NCBI GenBank assembly: GCA_963747835.1
Contig: CAVVGO010000003.1
Span: forward strand, 138,818-202,817
Length of the DNA stretch: 64,000 nucleotides
Direction: 5' to 3'
Origin: an uncultured Alphaproteobacteria bacterium
GTDB taxonomy: Bacteria; Pseudomonadota; Alphaproteobacteria; Rhizobiales; Xanthobacteraceae
Part shown: piece by piece, positions 1-12,978 of the stretch
Layout of the letters: each line of letters starts with the position of its first letter
Position numbering within the stretch: the stretch's first letter is position 1
Notes under the pieces: model-generated
Seen by the model: the letters and a program-made list of their open reading frames with translations, nothing else
Told to the model about the DNA's origin: nothing
Databases searched by the model: none
Position numbers and translations under genes: made by a program

Positions 1-893
1 GGACGTCGGTCAGCTGGGTCTCCTTGAAATTCGCAATGACATAGACGGCGTCGAGCGGCACCACGGCCATCAGTTGCGTACCGGCCTGGACGAATTGTCC
101 CACCCGCAAGCTGCGATTGCCGATCACGCCGTCGACCGGGGCGACGATGTCCGTGTAGCCAAGATTGAGTGCCGCCTGTTGCTGCAAGGCGCGGTCTGCC
201 GAGATACCGCATCGGCCTTGGCAAGTTGGGCCCGCAACATGTCGCTTTGTCTTTCGGCGGCCATCAGCGCCGCCTCGTCGCGTGCCGCCGTCGCGCGTGC
301 GATGTTGCGTTTCGAGATGGCCTGCTGGGCCATTCTGCACGCTGCCGGCCCCGCGATCGGCAAGGGTCGTATAGCGATCATTGTCTTGCTCCATGAATGT
401 CAGATTGGCCTTGTCGATCGTCACGGTGGCACGCGCCTGTGCGATGACGGCTTGCTGCTGTTCGATGGTCGCATGGATGTTGTCGACGTCGGCTTGCGCC
501 GCCGCAACGTTGGCCCGCGCCTGCTGGACCGCCGTGACAAAATCACGGTCATCGATCTTGGCGAGAAGCTGACCGACTTTCACCGGTTGATTGTCGGCAA
601 CCAGCACGTCGCGCAAATAGCCTCGCCACCTTGGGCGCGATGATCGTCGAGTCGGCTTTAACGTAGGCGTCATCCGTCGAGACCTCGAACCGGCTGACTG
701 TCCAGTAGTGCCACCCAAATCCGCCAAGGGTGAGTACGACAACAGCCGCCGCCCCCACAACGGCCAGGCGAAACCATTGGGGACGACGCTTGTCGTGCCG
801 GCCGACGACCGGATGGCCGACAACCGGATGACTGGGGTCGAAGCCCGGAAGCGGCCGCTCCGCCTCTAGCTTCGCAGGCACCAACTGATTCAT
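1..893 (-). pseudogene. HlyD/EmrA-family efflux membrane-fusion protein. The 3' end runs off the window and the frame is broken near 623, 331 and 200.
   Basis: ATG at 893 (MNQLVPAK...), one TM segment (LAVVGAAAVVVLTLGGFGW). The family text is then read from three minus frames: TDDAYVKADSTIIAPKV / GYLRDVLVADNQPVKVGQLLAKIDDRDF...GSVQN / AQQAISKRNIARATAARDEAALMAAERQSDMLRAQLAKADA / LNLGYTDIVAPVDGVIGNRSLRVGQFVQAGTQLMAVVP. A LysR gene lies divergently upstream. Confidence 0.6.
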
Positions 894-1265
894 GGACCTA
901 CCTCGTTTCAATCGCGTCTTGGCCTGAACGCCACGCTTAGGAGCCGCGCGGAAAATGCGCGAATTAAGCAATGGCGGGATTTTTCGTCTTGATGGCGTTG
1001 CCCAGCACCATGCTGCAAATGGCACCAAACGGGATCGGCGATAATCGAGAATTGCGCGAACGATCTATGTGCCTGGATCAAGCAATTCCCTCGGGACGAT
1101 CGGGTCCGGCTCGCTCAGAGACGATTGTTGGCGGGTAAATTTTCACGATTTGCCTTGTCTGGCTGTTGAAGCGCACTATTTTCGAACGAAGTTGAAACGC
1201 TGGCATGTTTGCCTTCGCGTTGACGTCGCGGATGACGCCGCCGCTCCGTTTGCCGGGATGTTGGA

Positions 1266-2192
1266 ATGCGAGGGACTCGATTTGCCGAGCTGAGCGCCTT
1301 CGTCGCGGTCGCGGAGCACCGGAATTTCACGAAGGCTGCGGCGCAATTGGGGATTTCGCCATCAACCCTCAGCCAGACCATTCGTTCGTTTGAGGAGCGG
1401 TTGGGCGTCCGTCTGCTCAACCGCACCACCCGCAGCGTGGCGCTGACGGACGCCGGCGAGCGCCTGCTGAGTGACGCGCAGCCGGTTCTTGACGGCGTCG
1501 ACAAGGCCATCGAGGCCGTCAATTCGTTCCGTGACAAGCCGATCGGCACGTTGCGCCTGAACATGCCGCGTGCGGCCGCCCTTGGAATTGCAGGTCCGCT
1601 GCTGCCGAAATTCCTGGCGAAATTTCCGGAGATAAAACTCGAAATCTCGGCCGACGATACCCACAGCGATATCGTGAGCGGCCGGTTCGACGCCGGCATT
1701 CTTATCGGCGAGCGGATTGCAAAAGATATGATTGCGGTGCGTCTCCTCGACGAATTTTCCGTGATGGCGGTGGCCTCGCCGGCCTATCTGGCCCTTCACC
1801 CACATCCTTCGACACCTGACGATCTCCACGCGCATAACTGCGTGCGGCTCCGTTGGGATTGGGATGGTTCGCTTCAGCCGTGGGTTTTCGAGAGCGCTGG
1901 CCGGCGGCTCGAGGTGCCCGTCGATGGTTCGCTTATCCTGAACGATATGTACTTGGTGATGAACGCCGTCCTCGACGGCGTAGGCGTCGGCTACTTGTCC
2001 GAACCTCTCATTCAGTCACACGTTGCCAATGGGCTCATGGTCCCACTCCTGGGGGATTGGCGTTGGCATATGTCCGGGGTGTTCCTGTACTATCCAAGTC
2101 GTCGCCAAATGCCGGGACCACTGCGCGCATTCATTGATTTCATGCGCGCAGAAACCGACGTCGTTCCCGGGATCCCCGTCAAAAGAGCATGA
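1266..2192 (+). CDS. LysR-family transcriptional regulator
   Basis: 308-aa ORF. N-terminal wHTH FAELSAFVAVAEHRNFTKAAAQLGISPSTLSQTIRSFEERLGVRLLNRTTRSVALTDAGERLL followed by a LysR substrate-binding domain. Divergent from the efflux gene. Confidence 0.9.
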   Translation: MRGTRFAELSAFVAVAEHRNFTKAAAQLGISPSTLSQTIRSFEERLGVRLLNRTTRSVALTDAGERLLSDAQPVLDGVDKAIEAVNSFRDKPIGTLRLNMPRAAALGIAGPLLPKFLAKFPEIKLEISADDTHSDIVSGRFDAGILIGERIAKDMIAVRLLDEFSVMAVASPAYLALHPHPSTPDDLHAHNCVRLRWDWDGSLQPWVFESAGRRLEVPVDGSLILNDMYLVMNAVLDGVGVGYLSEPLIQSHVANGLMVPLLGDWRWHMSGVFLYYPSRRQMPGPLRAFIDFMRAETDVVPGIPVKRA

Positions 2193-2359
2193 TCTGCATT
2201 CAGCTCGCGCCGGGCAGCCTGCTCGCAGTCGCGACCCATCCGCGTCGTCATGGCCGGACTTGCTCCAGCCGTCCACGTCTTTGGGCATGTATGGCCGTTT
2301 AGACGTTGATGCCCGCGACAAGCGCGGGCATCACGAGTGAATGTTATCGCGGGTTGGTA

Positions 2360-2590
2360 TTACTTGTAATGTTCATGGTCGCGCCGCATCTCCAGGCGGA
2401 CGTTCGCGTCGGGATCGGCACCAATGACCCTGCCGCGCATGTTGGTGATTGTCGTGTCGGCAGCCGGCTGGGTGCGATGAACGCTCGGTGAGTTCGGATA
2501 GAAGATGGGCTGCTGTGCTAAGGCAGCCTCGGATCCGCCGAAGCCGGCTACCAGAACGGTGGCGACTGCTAATTTGGCCTTGGTAAACAT
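2360..2590 (-). CDS. Small exported hypothetical protein (76 aa)
   Basis: GGAG Shine-Dalgarno about 8 nt upstream of the ATG. Signal peptide MFTKAKLAVATVLVAGFGGSEAALA-QQ. No family recognised. Confidence 0.5.
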   Translation of the reverse strand: MFTKAKLAVATVLVAGFGGSEAALAQQPIFYPNSPSVHRTQPAADTTITNMRGRVIGADPDANVRLEMRRDHEHYK

Positions 2591-2810
2591 CTTTGTTCTC
2601 CTTCTTGGGACATGCGTCGCGGCGAAGCGTCGGTTGCTGTTAACCCGAGTTATCTTGGCTCTCGTCGCCGCGGCTCCCTTAACAGCCGGAACATGGCCCG
2701 CTGAAGCGGAAATGATAATTCCGCGAATTTCGAATGGACTGTTCGATTGGGCTAATCAATCGCGCACGCTGAAGCGCGGCGCGCGTTGTGTCCGCCGACG
2801 CTGAGTCGCC

Positions 2811-5229
<2,419 letters not shown>

Positions 5230-5490
5230 GAAAATGAATTTCGAATCGCTGTTGGAACGATCCTGTCTCCATACTTGCTGTGACACGATTTCGGGGCGTC
5301 GTACAGTGCAAAGTGGTAGTACTTAAGTGGTTGTTCTCTAAAGAAATTTCAAGGCCGCGCGGGCGTTGCTGCGGTGCGGCGAAAAAGGCCAATAAATTCG
5401 CTCCCGATCGACACGAAAGCGGAATCAAAACGCGCCCGCGCCGAGAGTTCTGGCGTCCTCCGCAGCACGTCGAAAGTAGGACGAGATTTT

Positions 5491-5590
5491 GTCGTCGCCG
5501 GGCTTGTCCCAGGGCTTGTCCCGGCGACCTCGATAGGAGGGCACAGCGCCTCGATAATCGAGGTGGCCGGAACAAGCCCGGCCACGACCC
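5491..5590. repeat. REP-like composite of direct and inverted repeats (PGLVPG-type element)
   Basis: gggcttgtccc occurs twice (5500-5522). gccgggcttgtcccgg is mirrored by ccggaacaagcccggcc (5565-5583). Inner inverted repeat cctcgat...atcgagg. Intergenic, between gyrB and trmO. Confidence 0.5.
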
Positions 5591-5622
5591 ATGGAGTATG
5601 TGAATCCGAACGGAATCTGCTC

Positions 5623-5672
5623 CGGCCTACGGCCTATTGCGCCAACGGTCCGGACGTCGCGGCCGTAGGCCG
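5623..5672. repeat. Perfect 12-bp inverted repeat with a 26-nt loop, downstream of trmO; possible terminator or REP
   Basis: cggcctacggcc (5623-5634) pairs with ggccgtaggccg (5661-5672). No T-tract follows. Confidence 0.4.
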
Positions 5673-5711
5673 ACACCGCCTCCGACCTCGGCAATCGAAC
5701 TCATCGCTCGG

Positions 5712-6212
5712 TCAGGATTTCTGCGCCTTGTGCCACCCCACCACGGCGTCGGGAACGGAATTGGTCGAAGCGAAATAGGGCTTGATGTCGATCAGCGGCG
5801 TGCCGTCGAGACAGTCGAGGCCGACGACGGACAACCGCGTGCCCTCGACCTGCAGCAGCGTCGACACACTGGCGGCGATCGGGTTCGGCCGCGCCGGGGA
5901 ACGCAGCGCGAAAGTGCCGCGCTGCTCGCCGGATGTCCGCGGCACCTGCAGCACGAGATCGCGCCGCGACTTGTCCATCCAGTACAGCACCAGAAGGTGC
6001 GAGCAACTCTCCACCCCGGTCAACGCCGCAGCGTAGCGCGGATCGACCTCGATGGTGCAGACCTCAGAAGACTCTCGTGCATTCTTGGGACAATCCTGCC
6101 GCCGCGTCCACGGCGTGCGGATGCGGCCGATGAAATAGACGCTGGCGTCGAATTGCGCCGGCAAACTGGTGGCGACCTCGCCGTCGCGGATGCCGAACTG
6201 ATCATCGGCCAT
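5712..6212 (-). CDS. trmO: tRNA (N6-threonylcarbamoyladenosine(37)-N6)-methyltransferase TrmO (TsaA/YaeB family)
   Basis: FIGRIRTPW...CSHLLVLYWMD...GTFALRSPARPNPIAASVSTLLQVEGTRLSVVGLDCLDGTPLIDIKPY is the YaeB/TsaA signature. The ATG at 6212 has a GAGGA SD; the ORF track starts at an upstream GTG (6245). Confidence 0.85.
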   Translation of the reverse strand: MADDQFGIRDGEVATSLPAQFDASVYFIGRIRTPWTRRQDCPKNARESSEVCTIEVDPRYAAALTGVESCSHLLVLYWMDKSRRDLVLQVPRTSGEQRGTFALRSPARPNPIAASVSTLLQVEGTRLSVVGLDCLDGTPLIDIKPYFASTNSVPDAVVGWHKAQKS

Positions 6213-6400
6213 GGTGTCCTCCACAATGCCCTCAATGGTGCCCACACGATGCCGAATCCGGACTGGGCTTCGGATTCGAGACCCGGGGAATCAGGCTGTT
6301 AGTCCGTTGGGCTCCGCACCGCAGGGCGATCGGCTTGCCTCGCATATGGTGCCGGCCCGATAATTTGGAAACCGTTAACGAAGCGACATCGAAAAAATTG

Positions 6401-6418
6401 CATAAAGATATCTTTATG
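6401..6418. promoter_or_regulatory. Perfect 18-bp palindrome CATAAAGATATCTTTATG, candidate ArsR/SahR operator
   Basis: Read directly from the sequence. It lies 52 nt upstream of the sahR-like ATG in an AT-rich gap, and ArsR/SmtB proteins bind such dyads. Confidence 0.5.
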
Positions 6419-6469
6419 TCTATCTAACGGTCTGCTATAGCTGCCCACTCGATTGGGAAAAGTCCCACC

Positions 6470-7465
6470 ATGAACAAAGCATTGATCGGCTTCGACGACC
6501 TCAACACCACCCTCAAGGCGACAGGGGAGGAGACGCGCCTGCGCATCCTGGTCCTGCTCTCCGAGGCGGAGCTTACCGTGTCGGAACTTACCGAAATCCT
6601 GCGCCAATCGCAGCCGCGCATTTCGCGCCACCTCAAGCTGCTGGCCGAGGCGCATCTCGTGGAGCGGTTTCGCGAAGGCTCGTGGGCGTTCTTCCGCCGC
6701 GCTGAGCACGGCGCCGCTGCCGCCGTGGTGGAGCGACTGGTGGCGGGGCTCGACCCCGCCGATCCGACCGTTGCCCGCGACCGTGAGCGGCTCGCCGGCG
6801 TCCGGCTGGCGCGGGTCAAGGCGGCGCAGGATTATTTCGGCCGCCATGCGGCCGAATGGGACCGCATCCGTCGTCTCCACGCCGCCGACGCGGCCGTTGA
6901 GGGCGAAATCCGCAGGCTTTTGTCGGACCGCCCGTTCCGCTCGCTGCTCGATCTCGGCACCGGCACCGGCCGGATTCTTGAACTGTTCGGCCCCCACATC
7001 GAACGCGGACTCGGTATCGATCTTAGCCACGACATGCTGGCGTTCGCTCGCAGCCGGCTCGACCACGCCGGCCTGAAGAACTGCAGCGTGCGGCAGGGCG
7101 ACATTTTCGACCTTGCGGTGCCGCACGACTCCTTCGACGTTGTCATCATCCACCAGGTGCTGCACTTTCTCGATGACGGCGGCCGCGCGATCCGCGGGGC
7201 GGCGCGCGTGCTGCGGCCCCAGGGTCGTCTGCTAGTGGTCGACTTCGCGCCGCACGAATTCGAATTCCTGCGCGAGGAATATGCCCACCGCCGGCTCGGC
7301 TTTCCGTCCGATGCGGTGGCGCAATGGATGGAGCAGGCAGGCCTCGAAGGCGTCGTTCACGAGAGCCTTGCGCCCGAGCCCGGCTCCGACGGCAAGATCG
7401 CCGTGTCGCTATGGCTTGCGCGCGATCCACGAATGGTTCTCGCCGGCCAGCGCGAGGTCGCCTGA
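6470..7465 (+). CDS. sahR: ArsR-family wHTH fused to a SAM-dependent-methyltransferase-like domain (SahR-type regulator of the methionine/SAM cycle)
   Basis: ETRLRILVLLSEAELTVSELTEILRQSQPRISRHLKLLAEAHLVERFREGSWAFF, followed by methyltransferase motif I LLDLGTGTGRILE. Its TGA overlaps the metF ATG (TGATG at 7463-7467). The SahR assignment rests on domain architecture plus metF-metH context. Confidence 0.8.
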   Translation: MNKALIGFDDLNTTLKATGEETRLRILVLLSEAELTVSELTEILRQSQPRISRHLKLLAEAHLVERFREGSWAFFRRAEHGAAAAVVERLVAGLDPADPTVARDRERLAGVRLARVKAAQDYFGRHAAEWDRIRRLHAADAAVEGEIRRLLSDRPFRSLLDLGTGTGRILELFGPHIERGLGIDLSHDMLAFARSRLDHAGLKNCSVRQGDIFDLAVPHDSFDVVIIHQVLHFLDDGGRAIRGAARVLRPQGRLLVVDFAPHEFEFLREEYAHRRLGFPSDAVAQWMEQAGLEGVVHESLAPEPGSDGKIAVSLWLARDPRMVLAGQREVA

Positions 7466-8373
7466 TGCATGCGGTTCCCGAGTTTCGCGCCAGCCGCTTC
7501 CAACAGCGCGCGCCCCGCGCGCGCGTCTCTTTCGAGTTCTTTCCGCCCAAGACCGCCGAGATGGAGAACACCCTGTGGGAGGCGATCGCGCGCCTCGCGC
7601 CGCTCGCTCCGTCGTTCGTCTCGGTGACCTACGGGGCCGGCGGCTCGACCCGGGAACGCACCCACGCGACCGTCAAGCGCATCATCGCGGAAACCACGCT
7701 TGCACCGGCGGCCCATCTCACCTGCGTCGCCGCCGATCGCGCCGAGATTGACGACGTGGTGCGTTCCTATGTGGCGGCCGGCGTGCGCCATATCGTGGCG
7801 TTGCGCGGCGATCCGGTCGGCGGCGTTGGCGCCCGTTACGCGCCGCACCCGGAGGGCTACCGCAATGCCGCCGATCTCGTCGCCGGGATCAAGCGCGTCG
7901 CCGACGTCGAGGTGTCGGTCTCGGCTTATCCGGAAAAGCATCCCGACAGCGCGTCGGTTGAGGCCGATATCGACATGCTGCAAGCCAAGGTCGATGCCGG
8001 CGCAAGCCGCGCCATCACCCAGTTCTTCTTCGATAACGACCTCTATTTCCGCTACCTCGACCGGGTTCGCGCCCGCGGCATCACGATCCCGATCGTGCCC
8101 GGAATCCTGCCGGTTCAGAACTTCAACCAGATGCGGGTCTTCGCCGAACGGTGCGGCACCAGCGTGCCGGCCTGGCTCGCGCATCGCTTCGCCGGGCTGG
8201 AAGCGGATGCGGCGACCCGCCGTCTCATCGCCGCCGCCGTCGCGGCCGAGCAGGTGGTCGACCTCGTCGACCGCGGCGTCACGGATTTTCATTTTTACAC
8301 GATGAACCGGGCCGATCTGGTGTTCGCGATCTGCCATCTCCTCGGCGTTCGCGCGCAGGAGGTCGTCGCATGA
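7465..8373 (+). CDS. metF: 5,10-methylenetetrahydrofolate reductase
   Basis: VSFEFFPPKT...SFVSVTYGAGGSTRERTH...AHLTCV...IVALRGDP...ITQFFFDN...IVPGILPV. The start is taken at the ATG overlapping the upstream stop; the ORF track extends 47 codons further. Confidence 0.9.
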   Translation: MHAVPEFRASRFQQRAPRARVSFEFFPPKTAEMENTLWEAIARLAPLAPSFVSVTYGAGGSTRERTHATVKRIIAETTLAPAAHLTCVAADRAEIDDVVRSYVAAGVRHIVALRGDPVGGVGARYAPHPEGYRNAADLVAGIKRVADVEVSVSAYPEKHPDSASVEADIDMLQAKVDAGASRAITQFFFDNDLYFRYLDRVRARGITIPIVPGILPVQNFNQMRVFAERCGTSVPAWLAHRFAGLEADAATRRLIAAAVAAEQVVDLVDRGVTDFHFYTMNRADLVFAICHLLGVRAQEVVA

Positions 8374-8382
8374 GGAACGCAC

Positions 8383-8489
8383 GTAGCCCGGATGAGCGGA
8401 GCGATATCCGAGGACGGTCTCCCTACGCGGCTACGACCCTGCACTTGCCAACCACTTGCCCCGGATGTCGCTTCGCTCATCCGGGCTAC
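8383..8489. repeat. Inverted pair of 28-nt REP units (PDERSDIRG / PGCRFAHPGY-type), forming a large hairpin between metF and metH
   Basis: gtagcccggatgagcggagcgatatccg (8383-8410) matches the reverse complement of cggatgtcgcttcgctcatccgggctac (8462-8489) at 26/28 positions. Confidence 0.8.
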
Positions 8490-8523
8490 GACCACCGACG
8501 AACTTCCTTGACGACGGATTGAC

Positions 8524-11500
8524 ATGAAATCGTTTCCCCCATCGCCGGTCGAGACCGAACTGCGCCGCCGCGCCGCGGAAGCCATCCTGGTGCTCGACGG
8601 CGCCATGGGGACAGAGATCCAGGCGCTCAAGCTTGGCGAGGCTGGGTATCGCGGCGCCCGGTTTGCCGATTGGCCGAGCGATATGCGGGGCAACAACGAC
8701 ATTCTCATCCTGTCGCAGCCCGACGCCATTCGTGAGCTGCATCTCCAATATTTCCGCGCCGGCGCCGACATCGTTTCGACCAACACGTTTTCCTCAACGC
8801 GGATCGCCCAGGCCGATTACGGGGCGCAGGACCTCGTTTTCGAGCTCAATCTCCACGGCGCGCGGCTTGCCAAGGAGGCCGCGGCTATCGCGGCCCGCGA
8901 AGACGGCCGCGCCCGCTTCGTCGCCGGCGCGATCGGTCCGACCAATCGTACCGCCTCGATCTCGCCCGACGTCAGCAATCCGGGCTTCCGTGCCATCAGC
9001 TTCGACGAGTTGCGGCTCGCCTATGGGGAACAGGCGCGCGGGCTCCTCGATGGCGGCGCCGATATCCTCCTCGTCGAGACTGTATTCGACACCCTCAATG
9101 CGAAATCCGCCCTCTACGCCATCGCGGAACTGTTCGAGGAGCGCGGCGCCAGCGTTCCCGTCATGGTTTCCGGCACCATCACGGACCTGTCCGGGCGCAT
9201 GCTGTCCGGCCAGACCCCGGAGGCGTTCTGGATTTCGGTGCGTCACGCCGCGCCATTCTCGATCGGGCTCAACTGCGCGCTCGGCGCCAAGGAGATGCGT
9301 GCCCACATCGCCGATCTCGCCCGCGTCGCCGATACGCTCGTGTGTGCGTATCCGAATGCCGGGCTGCCCAACGAATTCGGTCTTTATGACGAAAGCCCCG
9401 AATATATGGCGTCGCTGCTGGCCGAATTCGGCGAAGCGGGCCTTGTCAACATCGTCGGCGGATGCTGCGGTACCACGCCCGCCCATATCCGCGCCATCGC
9501 CGAGGCGGTCCGCGGCAAGCCGCCACGCAAGCCGCCCGGCGAGCCAACCGAACTGCGCCTGTCCGGGCTGGAGCCGTTCCGGCTCACGGCGGACATTCCG
9601 TTCGTCAACGTAGGCGAGCGCACCAACGTCACCGGATCGGCGCGCTTTCGCAAGCTCGTCACCGCCGGCGATTACCCGGCGGCGCTCGCGGTCGCGCGCG
9701 ATCAGGTCGAGGGCGGCGCCCAGGTCATCGACGTCAACATGGACGAAGGCCTGCTCGATTCCGAGCACGCCATGACGACCTTCCTCAACCTCGTCGCCGC
9801 CGAGCCCGATATCGCGCGGGTGCCCGTGATGGTGGATTCATCGAAGTTCAAGGTGATCGAGGCGGGCCTGAAATGCCTGCAGGGCAAGGCTATCGTGAAT
9901 TCGATTTCGCTCAAGGAGGGCGAGGACGTGTTCGTGCGCCAGGCCCGAATCGTGCGTCGCCACGGCGCCGCCGTCGTCGTCATGGCGTTCGACGAGCAGG
10001 GCCAGGCCGACAGCTTCGCACGCAAGACCTCGATCTGCCGGCGCGCCTACGACATCCTGACCGGTACCGTCGGCTTCCCGCCTCACGATATCATCTTCGA
10101 CCCCAACATCTTCGCGATCGCGACCGGCATCGAGGAACACAACGGCTACGGCGTCGCCTACATCGAGGCTACGTGCTGGATCAGGGCCAATCTGCCGGGC
10201 GCTCACGTGTCGGGCGGCGTCTCCAATCTCTCGTTTGCATTCCGCGGCAACGAGCAGGTGCGCGAGGCGATGCATTCGGTGTTTCTCTATCACGCCATCA
10301 GGGCCGGGATGGACCTGGGCATCGTCAATGCCGGCCAGATGGCGGTCTACGACGATCTCGACGCTGAATTGCGCGAAGCCTGCGAGGATGCGGTGCTCAA
10401 CCGCCGGGCCGACGCGGCGGATCGTCTGCTCGCGATCGCGGACCGCTTTCGCGGGCAAAAGGGGGATGCCAAAGTCGTCGACCTTGCATGGCGCAGCTGG
10501 CCGGTCGACAAGCGCCTCGCGCATGCGCTGGTGCACGGCATAACGGATTTCATTGCCGAGGACGTCGAGGCCGCGCGGCAGGCCGCCAAGCGCCCGCTCG
10601 ACGTCATCGAGGGGCCGCTGATGGCCGGCATGAACGTGGTCGGCGATCTGTTCGGCTCCGGCAAGATGTTCCTGCCGCAGGTGGTGAAATCCGCCCGGGT
10701 GATGAAGCAGGCGGTGGCCTGGCTGATGCCCTACATGGAGGAGGAGAAGGCGCGCTCCGGCGATACGCGATCCAGCAGCGCCGGTAAGATCGTGCTCGCC
10801 ACCGTCAAGGGCGACGTCCATGACATCGGCAAGAACATCGTCGGCGTCGTGCTCCAGTGCAACAACTACGAGGTGGTCGATCTCGGCGTGATGGTGCCGG
10901 CGACCAAAATCCTTGATGCAGCGCGGGCCGAGAAGGCCGACATTATCGGGCTGTCCGGCCTGATCACGCCGTCGCTTGACGAGATGTGCCACGTCGCCGC
11001 CGAGATGGAACGGCAGGGATTCGATACACCGCTCCTGATCGGCGGCGCCACCACGAGCCGCGTCCATACCGCCGTGAAGATCGATCCGAACTACCGGCGC
11101 GGCCAGGCCGTATACGTCACCGATGCGAGCCGCGCCGTCGGGGTCGCGTCGGCGCTGCTGTCGGGCGAGCGGCGCGACGGCTACGTCGCCAACCTGCGCA
11201 CCGAATATGCCCGCATCGCCGACACCCACGCGCGCAGCGAGGAACAGAAGCGCCGCGTGGCGCTCGCGGCCGCCCGCGCCAATGCCCTCAAGCTCGACTG
11301 GAACGGCAACTATCGGCCGATCCGCCCGCGCGTCGTCGGCACCACGACGCTGCGCGATCTGCCGATTGCGGAACTCGTGCCCTATATCGACTGGTCGCCG
11401 TTCTTCTCGACCTGGGAACTCACGGGCAAATTCCCTGCGATCCTCAGCGACGACAAGTTCGGGCCGGCGGCACGCTCGCTGTTCGACGACGCCCAGGCCA

Positions 11501-12261
11501 TGCTGGCGCGCATTACCGCCGAGAACTGGTTTTCCGCCCGCGGCGTCGCCGGCTTCTGGCCGGCCAACGCCCAAGGCGACGACATCCTGGTGTTCGGCGA
11601 CGAGGAGCGCCGCGAGCCGATCGCGACCCTGCACACGCTCCGCCAGCAGCTCGCCCGCCGCGAAGGCCGCGCTAATGTGGCGCTCGCCGATTTCATCGCG
11701 CCGCACCGCAGCGGCATCGCGGATTACGTCGGGGCGTTCATCGTGACCACCGGCATCGGCGAGGACGAGGTCGCCAACCGCTTCCGGGACACGAACGACG
11801 ACTATTCCTCAATCATGGTGAAGGCGCTTGCCGACCGTCTCGCCGAAGCTTTCGCCGAACGTCTGCATGCCAAGGTGCGGCGCGAATTGTGGGGCTATGC
11901 GAGCGAGGAGGCGCTCGCCCCCTCCGACCTGATCGGAGAGAAATATTCCGGCATCCGCCCGGCTCCCGGCTATCCGGCCCAGCCCGACCACAGCGAGAAG
12001 GCGGCGCTGTTCCGGCTTCTCGACGGCGAGGCCGCGACCGGCGTGAAGCTCACCGAGAGCTTCGCCATGTGGCCCGGCGCCTCGGTGTGTGGGCTCTATT
12101 TCAGCCATCCGGAAAGCCATTATTTCGGGGTCGGCAAGATCGAACGCGACCAGGTCGAGGACTACGCGCGACGAAAGGGCTGGGCCGCACAGGAAGCCGA
12201 GAAATGGCTGGCACCGGTGCTCAACTACGATCCGGCGCCGCGCGCGCAGGCGGCGGAGTAG
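8524..12261 (+). CDS. metH: Cobalamin-dependent methionine synthase
   Basis: Intact 1245-aa ORF with all modules: Hcy-binding ([11 protein letters not shown]...GGCCGTTP), pterin-binding, B12-binding ([11 protein letters not shown]) and the AdoMet activation domain. Confidence 0.97.
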   Translation: MKSFPPSPVETELRRRAAEAILVLDGAMGTEIQALKLGEAGYRGARFADWPSDMRGNNDILILSQPDAIRELHLQYFRAGADIVSTNTFSSTRIAQADYGAQDLVFELNLHGARLAKEAAAIAAREDGRARFVAGAIGPTNRTASISPDVSNPGFRAISFDELRLAYGEQARGLLDGGADILLVETVFDTLNAKSALYAIAELFEERGASVPVMVSGTITDLSGRMLSGQTPEAFWISVRHAAPFSIGLNCALGAKEMRAHIADLARVADTLVCAYPNAGLPNEFGLYDESPEYMASLLAEFGEAGLVNIVGGCCGTTPAHIRAIAEAVRGKPPRKPPGEPTELRLSGLEPFRLTADIPFVNVGERTNVTGSARFRKLVTAGDYPAALAVARDQVEGGAQVIDVNMDEGLLDSEHAMTTFLNLVAAEPDIARVPVMVDSSKFKVIEAGLKCLQGKAIVNSISLKEGEDVFVRQARIVRRHGAAVVVMAFDEQGQADSFARKTSICRRAYDILTGTVGFPPHDIIFDPNIFAIATGIEEHNGYGVAYIEATCWIRANLPGAHVSGGVSNLSFAFRGNEQVREAMHSVFLYHAIRAGMDLGIVNAGQMAVYDDLDAELREACEDAVLNRRADAADRLLAIADRFRGQKGDAKVVDLAWRSWPVDKRLAHALVHGITDFIAEDVEAARQAAKRPLDVIEGPLMAGMNVVGDLFGSGKMFLPQVVKSARVMKQAVAWLMPYMEEEKARSGDTRSSSAGKIVLATVKGDVHDIGKNIVGVVLQCNNYEVVDLGVMVPATKILDAARAEKADIIGLSGLITPSLDEMCHVAAEMERQGFDTPLLIGGATTSRVHTAVKIDPNYRRGQAVYVTDASRAVGVASALLSGERRDGYVANLRTEYARIADTHARSEEQKRRVALAAARANALKLDWNGNYRPIRPRVVGTTTLRDLPIAELVPYIDWSPFFSTWELTGKFPAILSDDKFGPAARSLFDDAQAMLARITAENWFSARGVAGFWPANAQGDDILVFGDEERREPIATLHTLRQQLARREGRANVALADFIAPHRSGIADYVGAFIVTTGIGEDEVANRFRDTNDDYSSIMVKALADRLAEAFAERLHAKVRRELWGYASEEALAPSDLIGEKYSGIRPAPGYPAQPDHSEKAALFRLLDGEAATGVKLTESFAMWPGASVCGLYFSHPESHYFGVGKIERDQVEDYARRKGWAAQEAEKWLAPVLNYDPAPRAQAAE

Positions 12262-12349
12262 AGGATGGCGTGGGCGCGGTATGCCCAAAGCACTGTTTCC
12301 GCGTTATATTGATTTGTAATTGCGTGAGCATGGTGCCACGGAGGCCGCC

Positions 12350-12577
12350 TTGAAGTTCACTCGCATCAGTTCCGACCCGCGCCAGATGGGCGGCATGCCG
12401 TGCATCCGCGGATTGCGTATTCCGGTGGCAACCATCGTGGGCATGATCGCCGACGGAATGGCCGAGGAAGAGATATTGAGCGCCTATCCGGATTTGGATC
12501 GCGACGACGTTCACGAGGCGCTTCGGTACGCGGCGGACGCCTTACGGGAGCGTGCGTTACCACTTACCTCCCCGTGA
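12350..12577 (+). CDS. DUF433-family antitoxin-like protein
   Basis: [64 protein letters not shown] start at 12350 preceded by GGAGG. Its stop overlaps the GTG of the next gene (GTGA at 12574-12577). Confidence 0.7.
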   Translation: MKFTRISSDPRQMGGMPCIRGLRIPVATIVGMIADGMAEEEILSAYPDLDRDDVHEALRYAADALRERALPLTSP

Positions 12578-12951
12578 GATTTCTCATCGACAATGCGTTG
12601 TCGCCCGTTGTGGCCGAACGACTGAGGCGAAGCGGGCATGATGCCGTGCATGTTCGCGACTACGGCATGCAGGCCGCAGACGATGAATTTATTTTCGCGA
12701 GGGCCGCGGTTGAAGCGCGCGTGCTCGTGTCGGCGACACCGACTTTGCCGCCATCCTGGCGTTGCGGTCGGAACGCTCGCCGTCAGTAATCCTGTTCAGG
12801 GGTGGGAACCGAACGTCGCCCCGAACGCCAAACGGCTCTCCTGCTCGCCAACCTTTCGGCAATTGAGAAACCGCTGACGGAAGGCAGCATCATCGTAATG
12901 GAGGAGACCCGGATCCGGGTAATATCCCTGCCAATCGGCGGCGAAGAATAG
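12574..12951 (+). pseudogene. DUF5615-family (PIN-like / Mut7-C-like) toxin partner of DUF433, with two compensating frame breaks
   Basis: [54 protein letters not shown] (frame 1) / [22 protein letters not shown] (frame 0, after a missing base near 12733-12736) / [48 protein letters not shown] (frame 1 again, after the G-run at 12799-12802). Confidence 0.55.
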
Positions 12952-12978
12952 AGCGGGCCCAACCGAGGCTAGCTCCAA

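Noticed and set aside
8374-8523. Riboswitch (cobalamin or SAM-II) in front of metH
   Set aside because: The spacer is almost completely accounted for by the two inverted REP units. I could not find a B12-box-like or SAM-II-like core by eye. cmsearch would settle it.
9838-11706. 622-aa ORF on the minus strand
   Set aside because: It lies entirely antisense to the intact, unmistakable metH gene. It is Arg/Ala/Gly/Asp-rich with no family resemblance, a typical shadow ORF of high-GC DNA.
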